From: Candidatus Latescibacterota bacterium
GTDB lineage: Bacteria > Latescibacterota > UBA2968 > GCA-2709665
DNA: 64,000 nt
Assembly: GCA_965116875.1 (NCBI GenBank)
Contig: OZ220733.1
Span: forward strand, 1,632,001 to 1,696,000
Direction: 5' to 3'
Every line of letters begins with the position of its first letter. The first letter of the stretch is position 1. Of this stretch, positions 38,853-48,663 are shown piece after piece. Below the pieces are notes generated by a model. It had not been told where the DNA came from and made no database searches. It worked only from the letters and a program-made list of their open reading frames with translations. The position numbers and the translations under genes were made by a program.

Positions 38853-40364
38853 TCATTCGAAGATCTCGAATTTGCCACCACGCGCAATCAGCACAACAGG
38901 ATCGTAAACCGCATCCCCGTCGGCGTTGAAAGAGAACTGGCCCAGGATTGTATCCAGATCCCGGATTCCCGCCATCGCGTCTCGAATCGCACTCGCATCG
39001 GCTGAACCGGCAGTCGCGATCGCTTCCGAGAGAATATGGAGAGCGGCATAGGACTGTGCCGACCGGCGGCTGGCGTCAATATCGTATTTGGCTTCGAAAT
39101 CTTCAACAAAAGCCTGGTTTCCCGGCGTGGCAGCCAGTCCGGTCCAACCTGTAAACGTAATTGCGCCTTCAGCGGCTGCGCCCGCGGCTCGCACTTCGTT
39201 CAAGGTCATCTCCAGAGTAATAAAGGGAACACCGGGGGGAACGCCCAGGCGACGGCCCTGGATCAGAATCTCAGACAGTTCTGCTGAAAGGGCCGAGACG
39301 AAGACGGCGTCCGGATTCAACGCTTTAATCCGGGTCAACTGGTCGACAAAGGTCGTATCGCCGGTCTCAAACGTCTCCCTGGCCAGGATCTCGACTCCGC
39401 TTTCGGCGAGCGCACCGCTCAGGGTCTCGTCGCTGCTCCGGGTGAAGACGTCGATCCGATCGTATATCGTCGCCACTCTCTGATAGCCGAGCTTCTCATG
39501 CGTCTGCCGGATGCCGGCGGGTACGAGGACATCCACGCTGAGCGCAACACGGAAGATGAAATCGCCAATCGCGCTCAGGCCGGATGCGCTTGAGGTCGAA
39601 CTGAATGCCACGACCCGATTCCGTTGCGCGATGGGGAAAACCTCTTTGGCCTCGGTTGAGAGTGTGGGGCCGAGAATGGCGGGAACACCGTCCTGATGAA
39701 TGAGCTTGTTGAACGCTTCAACGGCGCCCTCTGGCGATCTTCGAGAATCCTCGATAATGAACGCGATGCTCGCTTCGCCGAGTTTGGATGAGCCGTTGAT
39801 CTCGTCGCGAGCGAGTTCAAAGCCGCTCTTGATCTCCAGCCCGCGCGGGGTGTTCAGGGGCAGGACGATGCCAATCGCAATTTCACCACGGAGACACTCT
39901 GATGCCGGAAGGGACGAACCCGTCACGCGCGCGGTCCCGCCAACGGGCAGGTCAACCGTGACTTCATACCCTCCATTTATCGGAATACTCGACCATGTCC
40001 CCAGCGGACCACCGTCTCGCATGGCCCGGGCCCGGTAGTATCCGCTCACCCGGTCTCCCCGGATCTCTACCCGCGCCTGACCGTCCACGCCGGTTGTGCC
40101 CGACCATTCGTAACCGGCAGCCCGTCCTGAAACTGCACGGGCGAAATCGACCGTGACGCCGCTTACGGGCGTCTGACCGTTCCGCACGCGGGCCAGCACC
40201 ACGGATCGCGTCAGGTCTCCTTTGGCCGCCAGCTTGCCGAGAGATTGCACCTCCTCGCCATCTGTCCCGGGTACTTGCGACGTCGTCACGCGTTCGCCAT
40301 CGCATCCCCAGGCTACGGTTCCGACAAGCACGAACAAGAAGAGACGGTGAATGCAGGTTGACAT
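38853..40364 (-). CDS. Lipoprotein LivJ-type substrate-binding protein (paralog 4, type A2)
   Basis: AWGC lipobox, ILGPTLST, DFIFR, GKFEIFE. Confidence 0.88.
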   Translation of the reverse strand: MSTCIHRLFLFVLVGTVAWGCDGERVTTSQVPGTDGEEVQSLGKLAAKGDLTRSVVLARVRNGQTPVSGVTVDFARAVSGRAAGYEWSGTTGVDGQARVEIRGDRVSGYYRARAMRDGGPLGTWSSIPINGGYEVTVDLPVGGTARVTGSSLPASECLRGEIAIGIVLPLNTPRGLEIKSGFELARDEINGSSKLGEASIAFIIEDSRRSPEGAVEAFNKLIHQDGVPAILGPTLSTEAKEVFPIAQRNRVVAFSSTSSASGLSAIGDFIFRVALSVDVLVPAGIRQTHEKLGYQRVATIYDRIDVFTRSSDETLSGALAESGVEILARETFETGDTTFVDQLTRIKALNPDAVFVSALSAELSEILIQGRRLGVPPGVPFITLEMTLNEVRAAGAAAEGAITFTGWTGLAATPGNQAFVEDFEAKYDIDASRRSAQSYAALHILSEAIATAGSADASAIRDAMAGIRDLDTILGQFSFNADGDAVYDPVVLIARGGKFEIFE

Positions 40365-40497
40365 GGCACCCCCTCCGGCTTGAATTCAACCTGTGAAACG
40401 AACAGGAGTGGCTGGCTGATCGCTTCGTATACGGGCTTTCGAATCCAGCCGGAACGATCTCTCAGCGCAGAGGTATTGGAACAAAGGACACGTACGA

Positions 40498-42021
40498 TCA
40501 TTCGAAGATTTCGAATTTGCCATCACGCGCAATCAGCACAACGGGATCGTAGACGGCATCCCCGTCGGCGTTGAAAGAGAACCTTCCCAGAATCGTATCC
40601 AGATCTCTGATGCCCGCCATTCCGTCGCGAATCATCCCCGGATCCGTCGAACCGGCCTCCGCGATTGCCGCGGCGAGAATATTGAGCGCCGCATAGGATT
40701 GCGCGGCCCAGTGGTTCGGATCGGACCCGAATCTCGCTATATAGTTCTCGACGAAACCCTGATTGCCGGGCGTCGTTGCCGACAGGACCCAACCTGTAAA
40801 TGTAATCGCACCTTCCGCGGCTTCACCGGCGGCCTGCACTTCATCTATGGTCAGTTCCGTGACAATGAACGGCACGTTGGCGGGTGTGCCCAAACGCCGT
40901 CCCTCGACCAGGATCCGGACCTTGTCCGCCGGCGATATCGCGGAAACAAATAGTGCGTCCGGGTTCAGCGCCCCAATGCGGGTCAATGGTTCGACAAAGG
41001 TGGTATCGCCCGTTTCAAACGTCTCTCTTGCCAGAATCTCGACGTCCGCGGCGGTCAACGCGCTCCTGAGCGCCTCGTCGCTTGCCCGCGCAAAGAAATC
41101 GCTCTCATCCACGATCGTCGCCACCCTGCGATAGCCCAGTTTATCCTTCGTCTTTTCAACGCCTCCGGGCACGAGTACGCCCAGGCTGAGTCCGGCACGG
41201 AAGATGTGGTCGCCGATCGCGCTCAGCCCGGGGGCTACCGAAGTTGAACTGAAGGCGACAACCTCATTCTCCTGCGCGACCGGGAAAGCCGCGACGGCCG
41301 CGGTCGAAAGCGTCGGACCGAGAATTACCGGTACTCCGTCCCGGTGAATCAGCCCCTCGAACGCTTCAACCGCGCCTTCGGCACTGGCGCGGGAATTCCC
41401 GACAACGAACGAGATGGACGCTCCGCCCAGCCGGGATGACACGTTGATCTCCTCGCGGGCGAGTTCGAATCCATTCATGATCGGCTGGCTGAAGGGGCGC
41501 TGCGGCTCTTCCCAGGGAAGTACCAGGCCGATCGAAATCCGCTCGGGCAGACCTCCCGGCGTCAACTTCAATGAGGCGGTCACACGGGACGTTTCGCCGA
41601 CCGGTAATTCAACCGTGGATTCGAATCCCGCGTTGACGGGAATGCTGGTCCAGGAACCCAGTGCGGTCCCATCCTGCATAGCCCGCGCACTATAATAACC
41701 GCTCACCCCGTTTCCCGCAATCTTGACGCGGGCGCGCCCTCGTGCGTCCGTCTCACCGGACCACGCATAGTCCGCCGCCCGTCCGGAGACGGATCGGGCG
41801 AACTCAACGGTGACGCCGCTCAGGGGCGCCTGGCCCTGACGGACGCGAACGATGACAAAGGTCTGTGTCATGTTTCCGTCTAAAGCGAGCTTGCCCATCG
41901 CGGGCGCAACCGCGTCCTCTGCTTCCTGAAGCTGCGACGTCGTGACGCTTTCGCTTCCGCAACTCCAGCTCACGGAAGTGATGAGCGTAAATACCAGCGA
42001 ACTCCGGAACTTGCTGAACAA
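40498..42021 (-). CDS. Lipoprotein LivJ-type substrate-binding protein (paralog 3, type A2)
   Basis: TTG start with RBS gaggagg, SWSC lipobox, ILGPTLST, GKFEIFE. Confidence 0.86.
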   Translation of the reverse strand: MFSKFRSSLVFTLITSVSWSCGSESVTTSQLQEAEDAVAPAMGKLALDGNMTQTFVIVRVRQGQAPLSGVTVEFARSVSGRAADYAWSGETDARGRARVKIAGNGVSGYYSARAMQDGTALGSWTSIPVNAGFESTVELPVGETSRVTASLKLTPGGLPERISIGLVLPWEEPQRPFSQPIMNGFELAREEINVSSRLGGASISFVVGNSRASAEGAVEAFEGLIHRDGVPVILGPTLSTAAVAAFPVAQENEVVAFSSTSVAPGLSAIGDHIFRAGLSLGVLVPGGVEKTKDKLGYRRVATIVDESDFFARASDEALRSALTAADVEILARETFETGDTTFVEPLTRIGALNPDALFVSAISPADKVRILVEGRRLGTPANVPFIVTELTIDEVQAAGEAAEGAITFTGWVLSATTPGNQGFVENYIARFGSDPNHWAAQSYAALNILAAAIAEAGSTDPGMIRDGMAGIRDLDTILGRFSFNADGDAVYDPVVLIARDGKFEIFE

Positions 42022-42298
42022 ACCGGACCTCCTCAGAATAAACGAACTCAGGCGGAACGAGCAGACACGCGCCTTCCGCCAAACCGCAAAATGACAGGCA
42101 GCCTGCACTGCCTGTCATTTATGTGGTACAAACCGGCCGGCGCGGATACTCATGACCGGTGAAAAGTGAACTCACCCGGGAAACCGGGCCATGCTTCCAC
42201 AGAGAATCAAACCGGTCGATTCGTAAACCGCGTTCCAATTCGCATCGAATGAGATCGATCCCCGAATTCAATCCTCATCCCGACTGACGGTCGGCGCT

Positions 42299-43915
42299 TC
42301 ACGGTTCGAACCGATAGACCACAGGTAGCTCAGCGGGGTCTACGATGTTTTTATCGGTGTGGTGGTAGATGTTCACAACCCCGGTGCCGCAGTCTCCGAA
42401 CTCGTCACACGTGAGTTCGCCGATGAGACCCGGAAAACCCGCCGTGGCCCCCACCTCGGCGCGCAATGCGACGCGGTCTATGTATAACGTTCCGCCATCG
42501 GTCACCGCAACCGACTTGATGGCGCTCAGAAGGAGCGCCGTGGCGTCGTACGCGTGCGCCCAGTAGGGATTGGTATGCGTCCCCCCGTAGATGGACTCGA
42601 TCTCGGCGAGTACCGCGTCACTGTTCTTGCCGGTCGCGATATTGACGTTTTCGCCGTGAACCGGCTCCGGCCCCGCAAAATAGATGCCTTCGGACTGCGG
42701 TGTGCCCAGGAACTCCGAAAGGAGAAGGGCCGCGTCCGTCAGGAGCGTCGCGTCTTTCAAACCATCGATATTTCTGACCTGCTCGGCAAACGGCGAACCT
42801 TCAGCAATGAAGAGCGGGAAGAAGATTCCGTCGGGTCCGGCGTCCGCGAAATCCGCCAGGACGCCGGTCATATCCGTTTCGCCTTTTTCGATCCTGGCCG
42901 TCACCGGGACCTCGCCGCCGAGTGTGCGGAACGCATTGCCGAATGCGCCGGTGAGACCCATTGTATACGGGTCGCCGTCGTCAATGGACACCACCCGCCG
43001 CAGGCCCAATTCGTTGTATGCGAAGTCCGCGACCGCCTGTCCATGATAGAGGTCGTTGTTGGCCGTACGGAAATAGCCGGGATGATAGTCGGGACCGGGG
43101 TTGCCCGTGAGGTCGGAGGTGAGCACCGGCGACGTGTTGGCCGGCGATATCATCACCAGACCCGCCGCGCTGAGCAGAGGGGAAGCGGCCACGGCGGATC
43201 CGGAACACAACGTGCCGATGACGCCGATTACCTGCGGGTTGGCGATGATCTGCCCCGCGCTGGCGCTTCCGCCGTCCGGCGAACACATGCCGTCTATGGG
43301 CTCGCCGAGTTCAACCTCGTGACCATGAATGGGGCCATAGTCTCTGATGGCCAACTCGGCGCTGTAGCGCGCCCAGTCCGAAACGGACGGTACGACCTCG
43401 TGCGCGAGAACCGTACGGATCTGCACCGGCTGGCCTTCACCGATGGTCACCACGTCCCGCGCGGTTGTACCCGTCACGACGGCATTGCCTTCAACCGGCA
43501 GGTCTACCTTTGTCTCGTATCCGTCGTTGACCGGTATGCTCGACCACGAACCCAGAACGCTGCCGTCCTGTACGGCCCGCGCACGGTAGTAGCCGCCCAC
43601 CCCGGGGCCCCCGATCACAACCCGAACCCGACCGCGCCCATCGGTTGTGCCCGACCACTCGTAATTCGCGGGCCGACCTGAAACCGAACGCGCGAACTCC
43701 ACGGTGACGCCGTTGACAGCCGCATCGCCCTGTTGCACGCGGGCAAGGACAGCGGCCTGCTCACTGTCTCCACCGAACGCCTGTTTGCCGAGGGGCCGAC
43801 CTGCTTGTTCCTCCGCCTCCGGCGCCTGCGACGTCGTCACGCGGTCACCGCCGCAGCCCCACGCCACACCCGCGGCAATCGCCAGGATCAAAACGCTGCG
43901 AATCCCCGGAAGCAT
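42299..43915 (-). CDS. Lipoprotein LivJ-type substrate-binding protein (paralog 2, type B)
   Basis: AWGC lipobox, DGMC, GTLCSGS, CDEFGDCG. Confidence 0.88.
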   Translation of the reverse strand: MLPGIRSVLILAIAAGVAWGCGGDRVTTSQAPEAEEQAGRPLGKQAFGGDSEQAAVLARVQQGDAAVNGVTVEFARSVSGRPANYEWSGTTDGRGRVRVVIGGPGVGGYYRARAVQDGSVLGSWSSIPVNDGYETKVDLPVEGNAVVTGTTARDVVTIGEGQPVQIRTVLAHEVVPSVSDWARYSAELAIRDYGPIHGHEVELGEPIDGMCSPDGGSASAGQIIANPQVIGVIGTLCSGSAVAASPLLSAAGLVMISPANTSPVLTSDLTGNPGPDYHPGYFRTANNDLYHGQAVADFAYNELGLRRVVSIDDGDPYTMGLTGAFGNAFRTLGGEVPVTARIEKGETDMTGVLADFADAGPDGIFFPLFIAEGSPFAEQVRNIDGLKDATLLTDAALLLSEFLGTPQSEGIYFAGPEPVHGENVNIATGKNSDAVLAEIESIYGGTHTNPYWAHAYDATALLLSAIKSVAVTDGGTLYIDRVALRAEVGATAGFPGLIGELTCDEFGDCGTGVVNIYHHTDKNIVDPAELPVVYRFEP

Positions 43916-44049
43916 TGGAATCTCCTCCCACGGTCAAAGACGCGTTTCGGACTGTTAAGCAGGCGTCCAGGGTCTCCTTGTCATGCAATTGCGGACATTT
44001 GAAAAAACAACCCCCAGACACACGACCCCGGCAGAAGCGACTGACGGGT

Positions 44050-45558
44050 TTATTCGAACAGCTCGAATGCGCCGTCGCGGACGATCAGGACGATGGGATC
44101 GTAAACCGCGTCGCCGTCGTCGTTGAACGAAAACCGGCCCAGAATCGTGTCGACGTCACGGGTAGCGGCCATTGCGTCCTTGATTGCGCCCGCATCCGTT
44201 GATCCGGCGTCCGCGATTGCATCTGCAAGAATGTACAGCGAGGCGTACGAAAGCGCGGCCCACGGACCGGGTTCACTGTCGTTTGCCGCCATATAGCTTT
44301 CGATAAAGGTCTGGTTCCCCGGCGTGGACGCGTTGGTTGCCCAACTCGTAATGCTGATCACACGTTCCGCGGCGTCTCCGGCGGCGGCCACCTCATCCAA
44401 TGTCATTTCGGGAATAATGAGGGGAATATTCGAGGGAATGCCGGCGTCTCGGGCCTGGAGCATAATTTGAATCATCTCCGACGCCAGACACGAAACGAAG
44501 AGGGCGTGCGGATTCAATTCCTTGATGTTGTTCAACTGGTCCGCGAACGACGTATCTCCCGTTGCGAATGTTTCCCGGCCCAGAATCTCCACCTCGCCTT
44601 CCGTGAGGGCATTCGTTACCGCCTCGTCCAGGCTCCTGGAATAGACGTCTGCATCGTCGACCATCGTGGCGACCCTGCTGAACCTCAGTTTCTCCTGCAG
44701 GTCCTTGACGGCGCCGGGGACCAGCGTACCCACGTTGAGACCGGAACGGAAGATATAATCGCCGATCGCGCTCAGGCCGACTGCGGTGGAGGTGGAACTG
44801 AATGCCAGGACTTCGTTCTCCTGGGCGATTGGGAACACTTCCTTCCCCACGGTGGAAATACCGGGGCCCAGGATGACGTTCACGCCGTCTTCGTTGATGA
44901 GTTTGTTGAACGCCGCGGTGGCGGCGTCGACCGTGCCCTCCGTATCCTCGACGATAAATTCGATGCTCGCGCCGCCGAGTCTCGAAGAACCGTTGATTTC
45001 TCCCTGAGCCAACTCAAAGCCTTCCCGCGCCGGCACGCCGTACACGTTTTGAGGACCCGTCAGCGGCACGGCCAGGCCGATGGTGATCTTCGCCGGCAGA
45101 CCGCCGGGCGTCAGCGCGATTGCGCCGGTTGCGCTCGCCTTGTCGCCGATCGGCAGTTCAACCGATGACTGATATCCGCTGTTGACCGGGATGCTCAACC
45201 ACGAACCGATCTCGCTGCCGTCCCGCATCGCCCGCGCACGGTAGTAGCCGGTCACCCCGGCGCCCCCGATGTCCACGTGGGCCTGACCGCGCGCATTCGT
45301 GGACCCCGACCACTCGAAACTGGCGGGCTGGCCGGATACCGAACGCGAGAACTCGACGGTCGCACCGCTTACAGGCGTTCCGCCGTCCGACACGTTTGCC
45401 ACCACCACTGCCCGCATCATGCCATTGAGTGCCAGCTTGCCCGCGGCCTGGCCACCCGCCTCCGGTACCTGCGACGTTGTCAGGCGTTCACGGCCGCAAC
45501 CCCACGTCAGACTCACTGCCACTGCGAACACAAACACACTGCGAATACCACCGAACAT
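44050..45558 (-). CDS. Lipoprotein LivJ-type substrate-binding protein (paralog 1, type A1)
   Basis: MFGGIR start, TWGC lipobox, PLTGPQ, DYIFRSG. Confidence 0.88.
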   Translation of the reverse strand: MFGGIRSVFVFAVAVSLTWGCGRERLTTSQVPEAGGQAAGKLALNGMMRAVVVANVSDGGTPVSGATVEFSRSVSGQPASFEWSGSTNARGQAHVDIGGAGVTGYYRARAMRDGSEIGSWLSIPVNSGYQSSVELPIGDKASATGAIALTPGGLPAKITIGLAVPLTGPQNVYGVPAREGFELAQGEINGSSRLGGASIEFIVEDTEGTVDAATAAFNKLINEDGVNVILGPGISTVGKEVFPIAQENEVLAFSSTSTAVGLSAIGDYIFRSGLNVGTLVPGAVKDLQEKLRFSRVATMVDDADVYSRSLDEAVTNALTEGEVEILGRETFATGDTSFADQLNNIKELNPHALFVSCLASEMIQIMLQARDAGIPSNIPLIIPEMTLDEVAAAGDAAERVISITSWATNASTPGNQTFIESYMAANDSEPGPWAALSYASLYILADAIADAGSTDAGAIKDAMAATRDVDTILGRFSFNDDGDAVYDPIVLIVRDGAFELFE

Positions 45559-46025
45559 GACGATCCCTCCAATGCTGCGGGTTACCAGCGAAAAGAGCCG
45601 GAAAGCCATAAGCAGCGCGCTCGAATACCGCCCACTGAAGCTGGCTCCTGACCCATTCACCAATGTGATTGAAGACGTGAATGAACCGAACGACAACGTC
45701 CCTGCTCGAGCGCTCGGATGCGCTGTCGGATTTATCCGTAATAATGAATATAAACGCAATTTCCCTGTACACAAGGGCATGTCCGAATTTCTTTTAAAAA
45801 AAGCCCGCTCAATTTCCGGCTTGAATTCGAGCCGACGAGGATACCGATAGACGGAACAGGCTGGGTCTTACAAATGTTGCCACATGACGAAAAAACCAGC
45901 GGCCCGAATTGCGGCCCCTGGTTGACGGATAGACGCCGATCGCGCCGGAACCTTTCATATGTCCTTCCCGAAAGGGTTTTCCGCCCCGGCTTCCCGGCAG
46001 GGATCCGGAAACCACGCACTGTCCG

Positions 46026-47648
46026 CTATATACCGAGGATCCCTCGCGTTGCCTGTCTTGCCTCGTCCAGCGTTCTGACAACGCGGTGCCTGGGCAGATG
46101 TTTCAGGATACCGAGCGCGTCCAGGGTTCTGGGAACCAGACCGGACAGGCCCATCACAATGCATTCGGTCTGCTCGCTTCCGGCGATATCCATGAGCTCC
46201 CCAAGTGCCATGGCCGCGCTCTCATCCAGATACGTGGCGCCGGAAAAGTCGAAGATGACGACGTCGCGATCCCTGATATTCGCGCCGATCACGCTCGCCA
46301 GCTTGTGGGAGGATGCGACGGTGAGGCTTCCCCTGAGCTCAACCAGTCCCACGCGAGCCGAATCCGGACTGAAGGCGGTCACGTCGATGTCCTCCTCCTC
46401 AGAGAAAAACGTACGGTCCAGCAGCGGCACGGAGATCACGCTATCCAGTTCCAGGCGCTGCATCTGACCCGCGTGTACCAGGCCCGAAACGATAAGGCCG
46501 ATCGCGGCGGCGGTCAACAGATCGGCAAAGATCGTGAGGCCCAGAGTAACCAGCATGACCAGGAGGTGTTCGCGGCGCAGGCGGCGGACACGCACGAGAA
46601 GACGCCAGTCTACGATGTCCCATCCGACTTTCATCAGGATACCGGCGAGAACCGCATGCGGAATCGGCTCCATGTACCGGCCGAGACCAAGCAGGACGCC
46701 GAGCATAAGTATCGCGTACAACGCGCCCGATACCGGCGTTTTGCCTCCGGCGCGTATGTTGGTTACGGTTCCGGTTGTCGATCCCGCGCCCGGGAGACCG
46801 CCGAACAGTCCTGAAACCATATTGCCGAGACCCTGCCCCACCAGTTCCCGGCTCGGATTGTGCCTCGTTCCCGTGTACGAGTCGGAAGCCAGGGAAGTCC
46901 TGAGGCTTTCCACCGAACCCAGCAGGGCGAGGATGAGCGCGGGCACCAGCGCGTGCATCAAAAATGCGGCGGACGGCACCGTCAATCGCAGCTCCGGCAA
47001 TCCGGCGGGCAGCCGGCCGATGACCGGCACGTCACCGAGCCAGAACACGCCGAGCATCGTTCCCGCGACCAGCGCCGGAAGGGGTCCGGGCAGGTATCTG
47101 GCCAGCCTTCGCGGCCAGACCACGCCCACGCCGAGAGCAACGACCGCGACGGCCACCGCGTTGTAGTTCACGTTTTCAATCGCTTCGGACACCGCTCGGA
47201 TCGCGCCGGTCACACCGCCCGGGGCCGGGGCCGACCCGAGGAACGGAAGGACGTGCATGACCATGATGATGACGCCGATGCCGGACATGAGTCCCGAGGT
47301 CACCACGCGTGGCGTATACGCCACGAAGCGGCCGATCCTCGAAAGGCCCAGCAATACCTGCATCAACCCGGCCATGGCCACCACGGTCAGCGCTTCGATG
47401 AGGTTGGAAGCGTAGATGGAGACAATGACCACGAGAGCGACGGTCATCGGCGCCGTGGGTCCCGAAATCCGGGTCCGCGTGCCGCCGAATACCGTCGCGA
47501 AGAAGCCAACCGCGATCGCGCCGTACATGCCGGCGGCCGCGCCCATGCCCGACGCGACCCCCAGCGCCAATGCGACCGGCAGCGCGGCCACGGTTGCAGT
47601 GACGCCGCCGAGCATGTCCCCACGGAGCGTCTGGACGTCATATTTCAT
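46026..47648 (-). CDS. SulP/SLC26 anion transporter with STAS domain (BicA-like)
   Basis: GDMLGG, LPVALA, ISGPTAPM, ELVGQGLGN, STAS motif FDFSGATYLDES. Confidence 0.9.
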   Translation of the reverse strand: MKYDVQTLRGDMLGGVTATVAALPVALALGVASGMGAAAGMYGAIAVGFFATVFGGTRTRISGPTAPMTVALVVIVSIYASNLIEALTVVAMAGLMQVLLGLSRIGRFVAYTPRVVTSGLMSGIGVIIMVMHVLPFLGSAPAPGGVTGAIRAVSEAIENVNYNAVAVAVVALGVGVVWPRRLARYLPGPLPALVAGTMLGVFWLGDVPVIGRLPAGLPELRLTVPSAAFLMHALVPALILALLGSVESLRTSLASDSYTGTRHNPSRELVGQGLGNMVSGLFGGLPGAGSTTGTVTNIRAGGKTPVSGALYAILMLGVLLGLGRYMEPIPHAVLAGILMKVGWDIVDWRLLVRVRRLRREHLLVMLVTLGLTIFADLLTAAAIGLIVSGLVHAGQMQRLELDSVISVPLLDRTFFSEEEDIDVTAFSPDSARVGLVELRGSLTVASSHKLASVIGANIRDRDVVIFDFSGATYLDESAAMALGELMDIAGSEQTECIVMGLSGLVPRTLDALGILKHLPRHRVVRTLDEARQATRGILGI

Positions 47649-47775
47649 TGTGCAGTTTCCTCAGGCATCCGGGAATGACGACCCACACCCGTGCCGCGCG
47701 ACAGGCTTGACAATGCCCCATCTTGCCGTATCATTTATGTTGGACGATGACTTCCATTCACGAAAGGAACCGACA

Positions 47776-48432
47776 ATGCTGAGATTCCCCGAAGAACTCA
47801 TGCTCCTGATACTCGACGACGACAACGGCAGGTTCGCCCGCGTACCGGACCAGTCCCTGCGTTACGCGCTTGCCGGCGGCGTGCTGATGGACCTGGCCAT
47901 GGAAAACCGAATCGACACCGACCCGAACCGGCTGGTCCTGGTGGATTCGACCCCCGTTGGTGACGGCCTTCTCGATCCCACGCTCGCCGACATCTCGCAG
48001 GCTGACGAAACCCACGATGCGCGCTTCTGGGTGGAACGCACCGCCATTCGCAGCGCCGCGGGCATTCGCGAAACGTCTCTTGACCGGCTGGTTGAAAAGG
48101 GCATCCTCGAACGCAGGGACGACCGGTTTCTGTGGGTCTTCCGGTCGCGGCGATATCCGTCCGTGGACGACCAGGCCGAGCGGGAAGTCAAGCTCAGGAT
48201 CATGGAGATCCTGTTCAGCGACCAGATCCCCGACCCTCGCGACGTGGTGATCATCAGCCTGGCGCACGCCTGTAACCTGTTCAGCCAGATTCTGTCTGCC
48301 AGAGAACTGGCGCGCGTTGCCCCCCGCATCAACCAGGTGAGGAAGCTCGATCTGATCGGCCAGGCGACGTTTCGGGCGATCACGGAGATTGAACTCTCGC
48401 TTGCCCTCGCCGTACAGATGCGGCCGTATTAG
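47776..48432 (+). CDS. GPP34/GOLPH3-Vps74 family protein
   Basis: EELMLLILDD..G, ALAGGVLMDL, GD.LLD..L, LVEKGIL...FLWVF..RRYP; TTGACA-16-TATCAT at 47707..47734. Confidence 0.82.
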   Translation: MLRFPEELMLLILDDDNGRFARVPDQSLRYALAGGVLMDLAMENRIDTDPNRLVLVDSTPVGDGLLDPTLADISQADETHDARFWVERTAIRSAAGIRETSLDRLVEKGILERRDDRFLWVFRSRRYPSVDDQAEREVKLRIMEILFSDQIPDPRDVVIISLAHACNLFSQILSARELARVAPRINQVRKLDLIGQATFRAITEIELSLALAVQMRPY

Positions 48433-48663
48433 CAGCCCGTTGATAAAGCCCATCCGGGCTACGTCCGGCCCACTCCCGCAGCCCCGTTCGCCGGCATTGG
48501 CAGCCCGTTGAAAAAGCCCATCCGGGCTGCGGCCGGCTCTCGTGGCCGACCGACGGCGTTGCGCTCCCTCGCCGAATCGATGGATGGGACTCGGTCGCAC
48601 GCCTTGTCTTCGGCCACGATGGCTCGGCCTCGCCTGCAGAGCGACTTTATCAACGGACTGTTA
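48430..48663. mobile_element. Partial plus full MITE copies between convergent genes
   Basis: Left-end fragment at 48431; full diverged copy at ~48499..48662. Confidence 0.78.

Noticed and set aside
45560-45730. Possible riboswitch in the long leader of the SBP array
   Set aside because: No recognisable aptamer consensus by eye.
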